NCBI GenBank assembly: GCA_039195685.1
Contig: JBCCVH010000001.1
Coordinates: 1 to 31,880, forward strand
Length of the DNA: 31,880 nucleotides
Source: Bacteroidota bacterium
Lineage (GTDB): Bacteria > Bacteroidota > Bacteroidia > Cytophagales > Amoebophilaceae
Reading direction: 5' to 3'
The notes under the pieces are model-generated. The model searched no databases. It had not been told where the DNA came from and saw nothing but the letters and a program-made list of their open reading frames with translations. This document shows positions 1 to 8,016 of the stretch, one piece after another; position 1 is the stretch's first letter, and each line of letters opens with the position of its first letter. A program made the translations under genes and the position numbers.

Positions 1-39
1 GCAGTAAGTATATAATTGCCATAAGAAGGATAAAAATAT

Positions 40-411
40 CTATGCTTTTTTATTCCTTCTTGCTATTTCTGCTCTTTCTGCTCTTTTTTTCTTGCAGACG
101 TCATAGGCCATAAGCCAAAGCATACCTGATACTCCTGTACCTACTATAAACACTCCACCACCAGCCAAAGGGTTGATAGGCGCTATGTGCCCTGTGGCCT
201 TTATTACAGTCGTCTCAAGTCCACTAAATAGAATCCCAGTAATAGCGTAACAAGTTTTATCTGGGTGTAAAGTAATAAGATTATCAACCTTAGCTGCAAG
301 CGGCAATGCGTTTGGTTCCTTACCAGAAGCTAGTATAACCGAACTATGCGATAGAGCTGCCATTGCTGAGAGTAAAGCAAAAAGTATAATATTAATTTTT
401 GTTGTTTTCAT
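40..411 (-). CDS. Hypothetical small exported/membrane protein (123 aa)
   Basis: N-terminal MKTTK plus hydrophobic signal-like stretch; second Gly-rich hydrophobic segment (LAGGGVFIVGTGVSGMLWLMAY) followed by a basic tail; no family recognised. Confidence 0.6.
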   Translation of the reverse strand: MKTTKINIILFALLSAMAALSHSSVILASGKEPNALPLAAKVDNLITLHPDKTCYAITGILFSGLETTVIKATGHIAPINPLAGGGVFIVGTGVSGMLWLMAYDVCKKKRAERAEIARRNKKA

Positions 412-494
412 GGTTTATTTAAGTTATTAAAGTATAAAGAAGGGATGAAACAATTTTGTAACATTCACCTAACAAGGCACAATATAGTTACTTT

Positions 495-526
495 TTTACA
501 AAAGTAAAAAGAATTAGCTATATTTA
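495..526 (+). promoter_or_regulatory. Candidate Bacteroidota housekeeping-sigma promoter of the Rpn pseudogene
   Basis: TTTA(495-498)-N20-TATATTTA(519-526), a variant of TTTG-N19/21-TAnnTTTG, 4 nt before ATG 531; inverted repeat TTACTTTT/AAAAGTAA (488-507) overlaps the -33 element. Confidence 0.45.
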
Positions 527-530
527 TCGT

Positions 531-960
531 ATGAGAGTAGGAAAGATGTAGCAACCGCATGATGAATTTTTTAAAAGATCATTCGGAAACCCAAATGTCG
601 CACAAAGCTTTGTAAAGGCACATATTGATGCGGAAGAGTTGCAAAAACTTGACTTAAACACTTTGACATTACAAAAAGATAGTTTTGTGGATGAAAAATT
701 TAAAACTTACTATAGTGATGTTATTTATAAAGTTCGCAGTGCAAAAGGGGAAGGTTATTTGTATTTTTTACTAGAACACCAGAGTACGAGCGACTCATTT
801 ATAGGCGTGAGATTATGATCCGAAGCACCAATTATCCATTGATTCAGACCACAGGAATTTAAAGTTGCCCGTCATTGATCCGTTTATACTCCACTCTGGT
901 CAAGAAAAATATAAATTGCCCAAGCAGCTTACAATGGATATAAAAGGATGCAACGGGTAA
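531..960 (+). pseudogene. Rpn/YhgA-like (Transposase_31, PD-(D/E)xK) nuclease pseudogene
   Basis: Manual translation: MRVGKM*QPHDEFFKRSF...DSFVDEKFKTYYSDVIYKV...YLYFLLEHQS...GVRL*, then in another frame KLPVIDPFILHSGQEKY; PHD-xFK, SD, LEHQS and LPV motifs are typical of the family; stops at 549-551 and 816-818 plus a frameshift. Confidence 0.85.
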
Positions 961-1056
961 GTTTGTAATATCCCGAAATCTTATGGGCAAAATGAGTACA
1001 GTAAACAACGCTACATCTTTTGTGGAATATAGCGTAGTTATTTTATAGGTTTTTAA

Positions 1057-1064
1057 TAACTTTG
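1057..1064 (+). promoter_or_regulatory. Candidate -7 promoter element TAACTTTG
   Basis: Exact TAnnTTTG match ending 6 nt before the left arm of the 22-bp inverted repeat; no good -33 element seen. Confidence 0.35.
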
Positions 1065-1070
1065 TGGCAG

Positions 1071-1396
1071 TAATTAGTTAACCCTGAAGTATAGCTAAAA
1101 CGTAAACAACACAAACTATACGGTAATGCGGAGCAGTGTAGAGCATCTGCTGAAACCACAAAAAACCTTCCGTATCTGTCACAATCAATAGTTGCCTTTG
1201 TTAGTTGAATTTTGATTGCCACCTAAAAGCTAGCGTCTTTGGGCAATGATTTTTTTACAGCAATTGCAAGGTTTTGCATAAAAGGTGTAAAAAAGCTTGC
1301 AACTTTTGCTCAAAAAAAGTGTCCATTTTATGTTCAAAAACGTTATTTATAGGCTCTATTCGTATCTTAATTGAATACTTCAGGGTTAACTAATTA
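1071..1396. repeat. Segment bounded by perfect 22-bp inverted repeats (possible MITE, IS remnant or structured RNA)
   Basis: TAATTAGTTAACCCTGAAGTAT (1071-1092) is the exact reverse complement of 1375-1396; extends to 27 bp with 2 mismatches (GGC-NN, 1066/1401); no target-site duplication found. Confidence 0.9.
1215..1256 (+). terminator. Possible intrinsic terminator inside the IR-bounded segment
   Basis: ATTGCC(1215-1220)/GGCAAT(1242-1247) imperfect stem followed by T7 (1250-1256). Confidence 0.3.
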
Positions 1397-1872
1397 GCGC
1401 CTAATGGCTGTGTGGTTTTTGATTTCTTCATGCAATAGTGTGTCCTACTTTTCATATACGCTTGCTCTTTAGTGTGTTCATCGTCATAGACAACTACAGC
1501 AACTTGTGGGTAATAACAAATACATTTAGGGGACTTAAAAAAACTATTCCAATAAGACCAACTCCACATATTAAGGTAGTGCATAGCAGCCATATATAAC
1601 GGAAAGAAAAATAAATCTAGCAGCTCATTGAAGCACTCTATCGAAATGATGAAAAATAGGAATGCACGGCATCTAGCACTCAGGTCGGTTAAGGTTGGGT
1701 TGGCTAGATCATCCTATTTTTTGCACATTATGTGCGTTCATTAAGCTTTATATAGCCGTTTAAGTGCATAGAAATAGCGCTATGCGCTGTACAGAAATGT
1801 ATTGGATTTGTTTATTTTTACTTTTTTTGTTACCCTTAAATTAATGTGTTGCAAAAACGTATATCATATGTA

Positions 1873-1904
1873 TTTGTTTTTGCCAGTATTTTGTATAATA
1901 TTTG
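1873..1904 (+). promoter_or_regulatory. Candidate promoter of the HTH gene (leaderless)
   Basis: TTTG(1873-1876)-N20-AATATTTG(1897-1904), 4 nt before ATG 1909. Confidence 0.6.
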
Positions 1905-1908
1905 CGGC

Positions 1909-2352
1909 ATGGATACAGAAAAATACAAAGGAAAAGTCGTACACAAAGTAACCAAGAAACGTGGGTATAAGTTTATTGCCGTTGCGAAGCAGATGGGAAT
2001 AAGTAGGGCTACACTTTATAAAAATTTAAAGAAATCACATTTAACAGACCGATTTTTAATCAAGGTAGGCGACATTATTCATTATGATTTTGCCAAGAAG
2101 TTTCCCAATTTAAAGAATAGTTTACTCTACAAGAGCCATCACGAGCACACATTGACCAATCAAGGAAAAAAAATAGAAGCTTTGTGCAATCTTTATAAGA
2201 AGTATACGATGCTCTTAGAAGAGTCAAATAAGCTAACGAAGTTTTTAGTGCGTATATTAAATAATACGCAAGTGGCCTCTATAAAGCGCATTATTGACAT
2301 GTTTATTAGGAAAAACATAAAACCTACTCCTAAACATAAAAAGAAAGGGTAA
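1909..2352 (+). CDS. Helix-turn-helix (Cro/XRE-like) DNA-binding protein, 147 aa
   Basis: HTH-like FIAVAKQMGISRATLYKNL followed by IKVGDIIHYDF; start moved from the track's 1846 to ATG 1909 because the upstream part overlaps the promoter. Confidence 0.7.
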   Translation: MDTEKYKGKVVHKVTKKRGYKFIAVAKQMGISRATLYKNLKKSHLTDRFLIKVGDIIHYDFAKKFPNLKNSLLYKSHHEHTLTNQGKKIEALCNLYKKYTMLLEESNKLTKFLVRILNNTQVASIKRIIDMFIRKNIKPTPKHKKKG

Positions 2353-2558
2353 AATTCATCGAGAAATACTATACAGCTACTTTGAAGACTGTGGCGAAGA
2401 GGAGGCAGTCGCTGCTGAAAAAGAAGAAAAGAAAGCTGAAAAAGAGGTGGAAAACTAAAAAAACACTGCAAAGTTAACCCTTAACCCATGATCATTTTAT
2501 GGCAAAAGTAACCTTTTAAGCCTATGCTGAAACACCTACCAATAAATTAGTGGGCGTT

Positions 2559-3581
2559 TCAGTTAAAAGCAAAAACGCTCGCTACGAACTCTTTTAAAAT
2601 TTGGTTTTCGGCTAAGGCAGGCGTATCTATGCCTTTCAATTTTAGATCCGCTTGATAAAGAGCTTGCAGGTGATGTAATGTGGCTTTTAAAGGGTGGTTT
2701 TTAGCTGCTGTTTTGTAATTTTTAATAAAATAAGGATGTATTTGCAATGTCTTTGCTTGTGCATCTAAAGGCATCGGAGGGAGTTGGTGTAGTTGCAATA
2801 TTTTTAGAAAAAAACTAACTAAGGCGCTGATCATAGGTAGTGCTGGGTTTTTTTTGGTATTTTTGCCAAAGTAATCTATGATTTGGAAGGCTTTGTCTAC
2901 TTGTTTGTTGCCGATGGCATCTTGCAGTTCAAATACATTAAAATCACGTGCTACTTCTATTTGTTGCGCCACTATATCTACTGAGATAGCCGTTTTAGCA
3001 GGTATATTTAGCATAATTTTATCTAATGCATGCGCAAAGCGCTGTAGGTCCAAGCCGATAGCGTTTTGCAATAGCAAGGCAGCTTTAGGGTCGATGGTAT
3101 AGTGCCGCTTCTGTACATAAGCATTGATCCAGCTAATAATCTGCCTTTCGTATATCTTCGGTGTAGTATATAATATACTGGCTGTTTTTTTAAAAGCTCC
3201 TACAAAAGATTTGGCCTTCAGCGTTTTATGCTTGTAAGCGAACACCAATAGTGTGGTAGGGCTAGGATTGGCAAGGTAGGTGGCCAATTGTTTTTGGCCT
3301 TCGGCGCGTTGTAAGATAGCCATTTCTTGGGCTTCTTTTACAATAATGACTTGCCGATCTCCCAGCATAGGCACGCATTTTGCGTAGCTTAGCACATCAC
3401 GCAGAAGGTGTGTCTTGCCATAGTAAGTACGCAGATTGAGGCTTTTTTCTTCAGGGGACAAAGTATGCTTTTCTATATAGTCTACTATTTGGGTGATGAA
3501 ATAAGTTTCATTACCCTGTAAAAAATACACAGGCGCATAGATTTTTTTGGCTAGCTGTTGTATTATTTGCTCAAATGTCAT
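2559..3581 (-). CDS. holA: DNA polymerase III subunit delta
   Basis: APVYFLQGNETYFI, PMLGDRQVIIVKEAQ, FNVFELQDAIG and ADLKLKG motifs; 340 aa. Confidence 0.95.
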   Translation of the reverse strand: MTFEQIIQQLAKKIYAPVYFLQGNETYFITQIVDYIEKHTLSPEEKSLNLRTYYGKTHLLRDVLSYAKCVPMLGDRQVIIVKEAQEMAILQRAEGQKQLATYLANPSPTTLLVFAYKHKTLKAKSFVGAFKKTASILYTTPKIYERQIISWINAYVQKRHYTIDPKAALLLQNAIGLDLQRFAHALDKIMLNIPAKTAISVDIVAQQIEVARDFNVFELQDAIGNKQVDKAFQIIDYFGKNTKKNPALPMISALVSFFLKILQLHQLPPMPLDAQAKTLQIHPYFIKNYKTAAKNHPLKATLHHLQALYQADLKLKGIDTPALAENQILKEFVASVFAFN

Positions 3582-3626
3582 GATTTACGGGATTATTGGT
3601 AGCACGACCAATCATAAGTAAGCCAC

Positions 3627-3634
3627 CAAATGTA
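3627..3634 (-). promoter_or_regulatory. Candidate -7 element for holA (TACATTTG)
   Basis: Exact TAnnTTTG match in the tig-holA spacer; a second match TAATTTTG at 3668-3675; no clear -33. Confidence 0.35.
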
Positions 3635-3733
3635 CGTATTTATTGCTAGAAAGGGATATAGCTAGCACAAAATTAAAAAGGGTTCTACACGTATAGAGCT
3701 CGTAAAAATTAGCGCTTTTGTGGCAGGTTGTTT

Positions 3734-5005
3734 TTATGGCTTATAGTATAGCACATTTCGGAACGATTTTACGCTGATTTTTTCTTCATTTAGCGTGATA
3801 TTAGCTTTAATAAATGCCATACTTTTGTCCATTAGAACGGCAGCATACGCTTGCTTATAGCTTTCACTTTCTGGCCTGGATAGCGAGGCCTCTACATCAT
3901 CGATAATTACTTTTTGAGTCTCTTTATTATTGCAAGGCAAGACAGGGTTTACATGTGCTAGTGTCGATAGCTCCATTAATTTTGTCACCATGTCAATTGG
4001 ATAAACCTCGAAAGACTTCGTTTTCAAAATTTTATCTATAATGAAACTCTTGATTTCCATCAAGGCTTGGTTACCTGTATAGTGGGGTATTTTTAGCTTT
4101 AGCTTTTTTTGATATGCTTTGATAATATTAGCCTCTAGCAATAAATTCGCACTTCTTTGGGTGTTTTGCAAAAGTTTTTCTTGCATCATTTTCCTAAATG
4201 ATGTCAAACCTTTGATTCTACCAGTTCCTGAACACTTATCAAAAAAAGCTTGATCTAAAGCACACGGTTTTTTGGCTACGATATCAGTAATTACAAAATG
4301 ATGATCCTCATCCTTTGTCAGTACATCATAGGACTTATATACTTGGTGAATAATATCTAGCGGTAACATCTCCCTTGCTTCCTTACTAAAATTCACAATG
4401 TTTCCTTTTTCCTTGCCTACAATAGCAGTGTGTTGTTCGATTCCTTTATTTACAAAAAAAGTAAACGGAGTGCTTTTTTCTTCAGTAAAATAGCCTGTCA
4501 CATGATCGTATATACTCACCGTAGGCTTCTGAAACGTTTCTTCACTGTACAATATCTGCACCATCTTGATATAATCATCTATATCTTCTGCTGTGGCAGA
4601 AGTTATTTCATAATATTTTACTTCGATCTCTTTAAAGGAAGGTAATTCAAAATCAGGCACAGCTATAAACTCAACTTCAAAGGTATATACCGAAGACTGC
4701 GCTATATTGATGTGCCTAAACTCTTCTTTCAAAGCGTAATTGCCGACCAAGAGCAGTTTTTCTTTCGTAAGAAAATTGTCAACCGCTTCCTTGATCTTGT
4801 TAGATACTATATCGGTTAATATTACTTCGCCATAGCGTTTTGTCACAAGGGCTAGATGACCTTGCGAGCCTTCCCTAAACCCTTTTGCATTAACTTGTTG
4901 TGCATATGTTTTGACACCGTTTAGAAAAGAGCGGAGATAATCAGTAGAGTCTAGTTGAATAGTAAGTAGCATACGACCATCTACTTGTTTGTGGGCAGTT
5001 TGCAC
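3734..5005 (-). CDS. tig: Trigger factor (divergent, Bacteroidota type), GTG start
   Basis: N-terminal ribosome-binding domain with KGFRxG, PDFELP linker, 423 aa, position directly after tRNA-Leu. Confidence 0.75.
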   Translation of the reverse strand: MQTAHKQVDGRMLLTIQLDSTDYLRSFLNGVKTYAQQVNAKGFREGSQGHLALVTKRYGEVILTDIVSNKIKEAVDNFLTKEKLLLVGNYALKEEFRHINIAQSSVYTFEVEFIAVPDFELPSFKEIEVKYYEITSATAEDIDDYIKMVQILYSEETFQKPTVSIYDHVTGYFTEEKSTPFTFFVNKGIEQHTAIVGKEKGNIVNFSKEAREMLPLDIIHQVYKSYDVLTKDEDHHFVITDIVAKKPCALDQAFFDKCSGTGRIKGLTSFRKMMQEKLLQNTQRSANLLLEANIIKAYQKKLKLKIPHYTGNQALMEIKSFIIDKILKTKSFEVYPIDMVTKLMELSTLAHVNPVLPCNNKETQKVIIDDVEASLSRPESESYKQAYAAVLMDKSMAFIKANITLNEEKISVKSFRNVLYYKP

Positions 5006-5021
5006 AGCTAAAAATTTGAAT

Positions 5022-5106
5022 TGGTACGGATGGAGGGACTTGAACCCCCATGTCTTTCGACACTAGATCCTAAATCTAGCGCGTCTACCAATTTCGCCAC
5101 ATCCGC
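5022..5106 (-). tRNA. trnL: tRNA-Leu (anticodon TAG), CCA encoded
   Basis: Reverse complement GCGGATGTGGCGAAATTGGTAGACGCGCTAGATTTAGGATCTAG...GGTTCAAGTCCC...CCGTACCA; anticodon stem CTAGA/TCTAG; long variable arm. Confidence 0.97.
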
Positions 5107-5113
5107 ATGGGCG

Positions 5114-5121
5114 CTAAGTTA
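5114..5121 (-). promoter_or_regulatory. Candidate -7 element for tRNA-Leu/tig (TAACTTAG)
   Basis: One-mismatch TAnnTTTG 7 nt upstream of the tRNA 5' end. Confidence 0.4.
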
Positions 5122-5241
5122 CTATTTTTATTTTTATTATCCTAAAAAATCACTCTTATCAGCCGATTAATAGCTTAGCAAGTATCACCTTTAAAAGTTT
5201 TATATGCGCTTCAAAACATATTCAACAGCAGAAAAACGTTA

Positions 5242-5703
5242 TCAAGCGTTAGCAGATACCACTTCTATGTTTAAGTTTACAGAGACATCTTTATAAAGCT
5301 GTAAGGCTATTTCGTGTGTCCCTATTGTCTCAATTGGGTTGAGTATCTTAATCTGCTCACGTGGAGATTCTATTTGCATCGTAAGGTCAGCGTTTTTGAT
5401 GGCTGTCGCTATTTGTGCTTCTGTAATAGAACCAAAAATATGCCCTTTCTCACCTGTTTGTAGTGAAAGTACGATCTTGAGTGTTTGTAGTTTTTCGCCT
5501 CTGCGTACAGCCTCTTCTGTCAATTTTTTATCCTTATGCTTAGCTTGCTTAGCCTGCTCTTGTAGTCTTTTTCTATTCGCATCGGTCGCCATTTCTGCTA
5601 GGCCTCTCGGGATAAGGAAATTGTTGGCATAGCCGTTCGCTACTTCCACAATATCCTGTGCTGTGCCAAGTTTTGCTACGTTTTTCCGTAATATAATCTT
5701 CAT
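5242..5703 (-). CDS. rplI: 50S ribosomal protein bL9
   Basis: MKIIL...LG...VEVANGYANNFLIPRGLA; IFGSIT. Confidence 0.97.
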   Translation of the reverse strand: MKIILRKNVAKLGTAQDIVEVANGYANNFLIPRGLAEMATDANRKRLQEQAKQAKHKDKKLTEEAVRRGEKLQTLKIVLSLQTGEKGHIFGSITEAQIATAIKNADLTMQIESPREQIKILNPIETIGTHEIALQLYKDVSVNLNIEVVSANA

Positions 5704-5711
5704 TTGATGCG

Positions 5712-5981
5712 TTATGTAAGGTTGTCTGCTACCGTAGGTAACACAGCAATAATTCTAGCCCTTTTTATTGCATTAGCTACTCTGTTTTGGTGTTTTTTAC
5801 AATTGCCAGTATAAAGTGGCGGCAATATCTTCCCCTGAGCATTCACAAAACTTTTCAAAAATGAAGCATCCATACAATCCATATACGATACCCCCGTCTT
5901 GCAGAAACCACAATACTTTTTAGGCACTTGTTGCCTAGGAATAGGCTCATTATTTAGGATGTTTATATTTTTTCTTTTCAT
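5712..5981 (-). CDS. rpsR: 30S ribosomal protein bS18
   Basis: KKYCGFCK, FVNAQGKILP, AIKRARIIAVLP; between rpsF and rplI. Confidence 0.95.
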   Translation of the reverse strand: MKRKNINILNNEPIPRQQVPKKYCGFCKTGVSYMDCMDASFLKSFVNAQGKILPPLYTGNCKKHQNRVANAIKRARIIAVLPTVADNLT

Positions 5982-6361
5982 GCGTTATCTTTTTGAGAAT
6001 CATTGGTTTGCTCACTTTTCTGGTTCGCTTTTTCTGTACGTTTTTTTTCCTTATAAAGCACAGCCTCTTCGTCTAAGCTCAACGTCATAAAGCGTAAAAC
6101 ATCTGCACTGCGTCGATATTGCAGCTCTAATGGATCAATAATAGTCGGCGCACCCTTAAATAAAATAGACTGGTAGAAACCATATGCCTTTTTTTGAATA
6201 GGATAAGCTAATTTTTTCTTAGAGCTTACCGAACTATGTACAATCTCCGCTTTTTGTTTTTTCAGAAAGGTGATATATTCCTCACTCTTTTTTTCTAATT
6301 CTTCTTCATTAAGATCGGGAGAGAAGATAATAATTGTTTCGTAATGTTTCAACGCTGCCAT
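5978..6361 (-). CDS. rpsF: 30S ribosomal protein bS6
   Basis: HYETIIIFSPDL, KKLAYPIQKK, DVLRFMT; true start could be the TTG at codon 4. Confidence 0.95.
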   Translation of the reverse strand: MAALKHYETIIIFSPDLNEEELEKKSEEYITFLKKQKAEIVHSSVSSKKKLAYPIQKKAYGFYQSILFKGAPTIIDPLELQYRRSADVLRFMTLSLDEEAVLYKEKKRTEKANQKSEQTNDSQKDNA

Positions 6362-6398
6362 AGGCTCCGAATTTAGTAATGTTTAATGATGCACGTTA

Positions 6399-6950
6399 TT
6401 ATTGCTTAGCTGTAGCGTCAGCAGTAGCAGTTTGGGTTGGGTTGGGTTCTTTTTTCGCAGGAGTAGCTAGCAGAGTTTTGTCTACTGCCTTTGGTTGACT
6501 AGATAAGACTGCTAATGTAGATTTGTTTTTTTTGCGCCCCCCTCTTCGGGTTTTGATGCTCTTTACTTTGATGTAGGTGGTATTAAAGTCTACGAGCTCG
6601 ATAAAACTCATCTTGGCACCATCTCCTTTTCGCCTACCCATCTTTAATATCCTTGTATAGCCCCCAGCACGGTTTTTAACAGCTGGCAAAATATCATTGA
6701 AAAGGATAGTCACTGATTTTTTGTTATGCAAACAATCAAAGGCAAACCTATAAGCATGATTGAGGTTTATTTTAGCATATTTACGCGCATGTGTGATGAT
6801 GGGCGCAATATTACGGGCAAGTGCCTTGGCTTTCGCATGTGTAGTGATGATCTTTTTATGCTGCAAAAGATCATTACACTGGCCTGTTAACAGTGCTTTT
6901 CGCGGCGCAGCTTTTCTCCCTAATGTAGCATTTTTTGGCGTATGTACCAT
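6399..6950 (-). CDS. rplQ: 50S ribosomal protein bL17 with K/A/T-rich C-terminal tail
   Basis: LGRKAAPRKALL, IITTHAKAK, RAGGYTRILKMGRRKGDGA. Confidence 0.97.
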   Translation of the reverse strand: MVHTPKNATLGRKAAPRKALLTGQCNDLLQHKKIITTHAKAKALARNIAPIITHARKYAKINLNHAYRFAFDCLHNKKSVTILFNDILPAVKNRAGGYTRILKMGRRKGDGAKMSFIELVDFNTTYIKVKSIKTRRGGRKKNKSTLAVLSSQPKAVDKTLLATPAKKEPNPTQTATADATAKQ

Positions 6951-6978
6951 AAGTTATCGATTTATTTTGATCTCTTTT

Positions 6979-7977
6979 TTATTGTTTTCGTTTAACTATT
7001 TTCATATCTAATGAAATCTTTTTCTTGTTCAAAAAAGCCTCTATATCTTGTGCACATTTTTTACCAAAGTTCTCATAAGCCAGTAAATCATTAATACTCT
7101 TACCTAAAATATCCCGCAAATAATTAATGCCCTCTAAATGCAAGCTATTCACTACCCGCGCAGAAAGCTCTCCACTTTCGTTAAGTTTAGATAGCGGGGT
7201 ATCTAGTAGTTTGTTGATGCGCAGTTTATCCTTTTCAACAGCAGCTGTCTCTTCGGTTTGCTTAGGAGCATCTTTTATCTCTTCATTGGACAAGTTGGTA
7301 TAAATATCTCGAAGGGATTTTATAGCATTATCCAGCGCTTCTTTTGGCGTTACCGTTCCATTGGTCTCTATATCTAAAAGTATCTTTTGATAGTCCGTTC
7401 TCCCCCCTACCAACATATCTTCTGTCGTAAAGTTTACATTGATCACAGGTGAATACATTGCATCAATTTCGAAGAAGCCAAAGACTTGCTTTTCTGATTT
7501 CATTTCATCTACAGGCACATAGCCGAAATTTTTAGCAATAATAAGTTCCATCTTCATATCCACCTTTTTATCGAGGTGACAGATAATTTGCTCGGGGTTT
7601 AATATATCAAAAGCACCAGATGCTTCTGCAAGTTGCGCCCCTGTCAATGTCCCATCTTGATTAGGTTTAAAGGGAACGACAATTTTGTCTTCTTCCATAT
7701 CTTTCACTTTCTTTAGCCGTATTTTCTTTAGGTTGAGTATGATTTGCGCCATATCTTCTACCACACCCTCTATACTCGCAAATTCATGGGCCACTGCAGG
7801 TGAGAAACGCACGCCAGTGATCGCATATCCTTCTGAAAAGGCCAGCAATATACGCCGAATAGAATTACCTACTGTAAAGCCCATACCTGGCGCTAACGGT
7901 GCTAAAGTGAAAAGCCCACGGGTATCAGATGTTTTGCTCGATACTATTTTTATGTTTTTTGTTACCTGTTCTACCAT
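6979..7977 (-). CDS. rpoA: RNA polymerase subunit alpha
   Basis: PLAPGMGFTVGNSIRRILL, HEFASIEGVVED, IDAMYSPV, LSARVVNSL, NFGKK. Confidence 0.97.
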   Translation of the reverse strand: MVEQVTKNIKIVSSKTSDTRGLFTLAPLAPGMGFTVGNSIRRILLAFSEGYAITGVRFSPAVAHEFASIEGVVEDMAQIILNLKKIRLKKVKDMEEDKIVVPFKPNQDGTLTGAQLAEASGAFDILNPEQIICHLDKKVDMKMELIIAKNFGYVPVDEMKSEKQVFGFFEIDAMYSPVINVNFTTEDMLVGGRTDYQKILLDIETNGTVTPKEALDNAIKSLRDIYTNLSNEEIKDAPKQTEETAAVEKDKLRINKLLDTPLSKLNESGELSARVVNSLHLEGINYLRDILGKSINDLLAYENFGKKCAQDIEAFLNKKKISLDMKIVKRKQ

Positions 7978-7996
7978 TGTTGTTGTTTAAAATCAT

Positions 7997-8004
7997 CAAA
8001 TATA
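7997..8004 (-). promoter_or_regulatory. Candidate internal promoter for rpoA-rplQ-rpsF-rpsR-rplI (TATATTTG)
   Basis: Exact -7 consensus in the 39-bp rpsD-rpoA spacer, 19 nt before the ATG; -33 weak. Confidence 0.35.
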
Positions 8005-8016
8005 GGACGTTGCTAT

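Noticed and set aside
1390-1640. 67-aa minus ORF, plus a transmembrane-like stretch in another frame (IWLLCTTLICGVGLIGIVFLSPLNVFVI)
   Set aside because: No recognisable motif or start context; may be a remnant of a decayed membrane or transposase gene but cannot be supported
2193-2471. 92-aa minus-strand ORF
   Set aside because: Antisense shadow of the HTH gene and its E/K-rich +1-frame tail; no family features
6362-6372. GGAG upstream of rpsF as a rare Bacteroidota Shine-Dalgarno
   Set aside because: Spacing is 3 nt to the ATG or 12 nt to the alternative TTG; neither fits well
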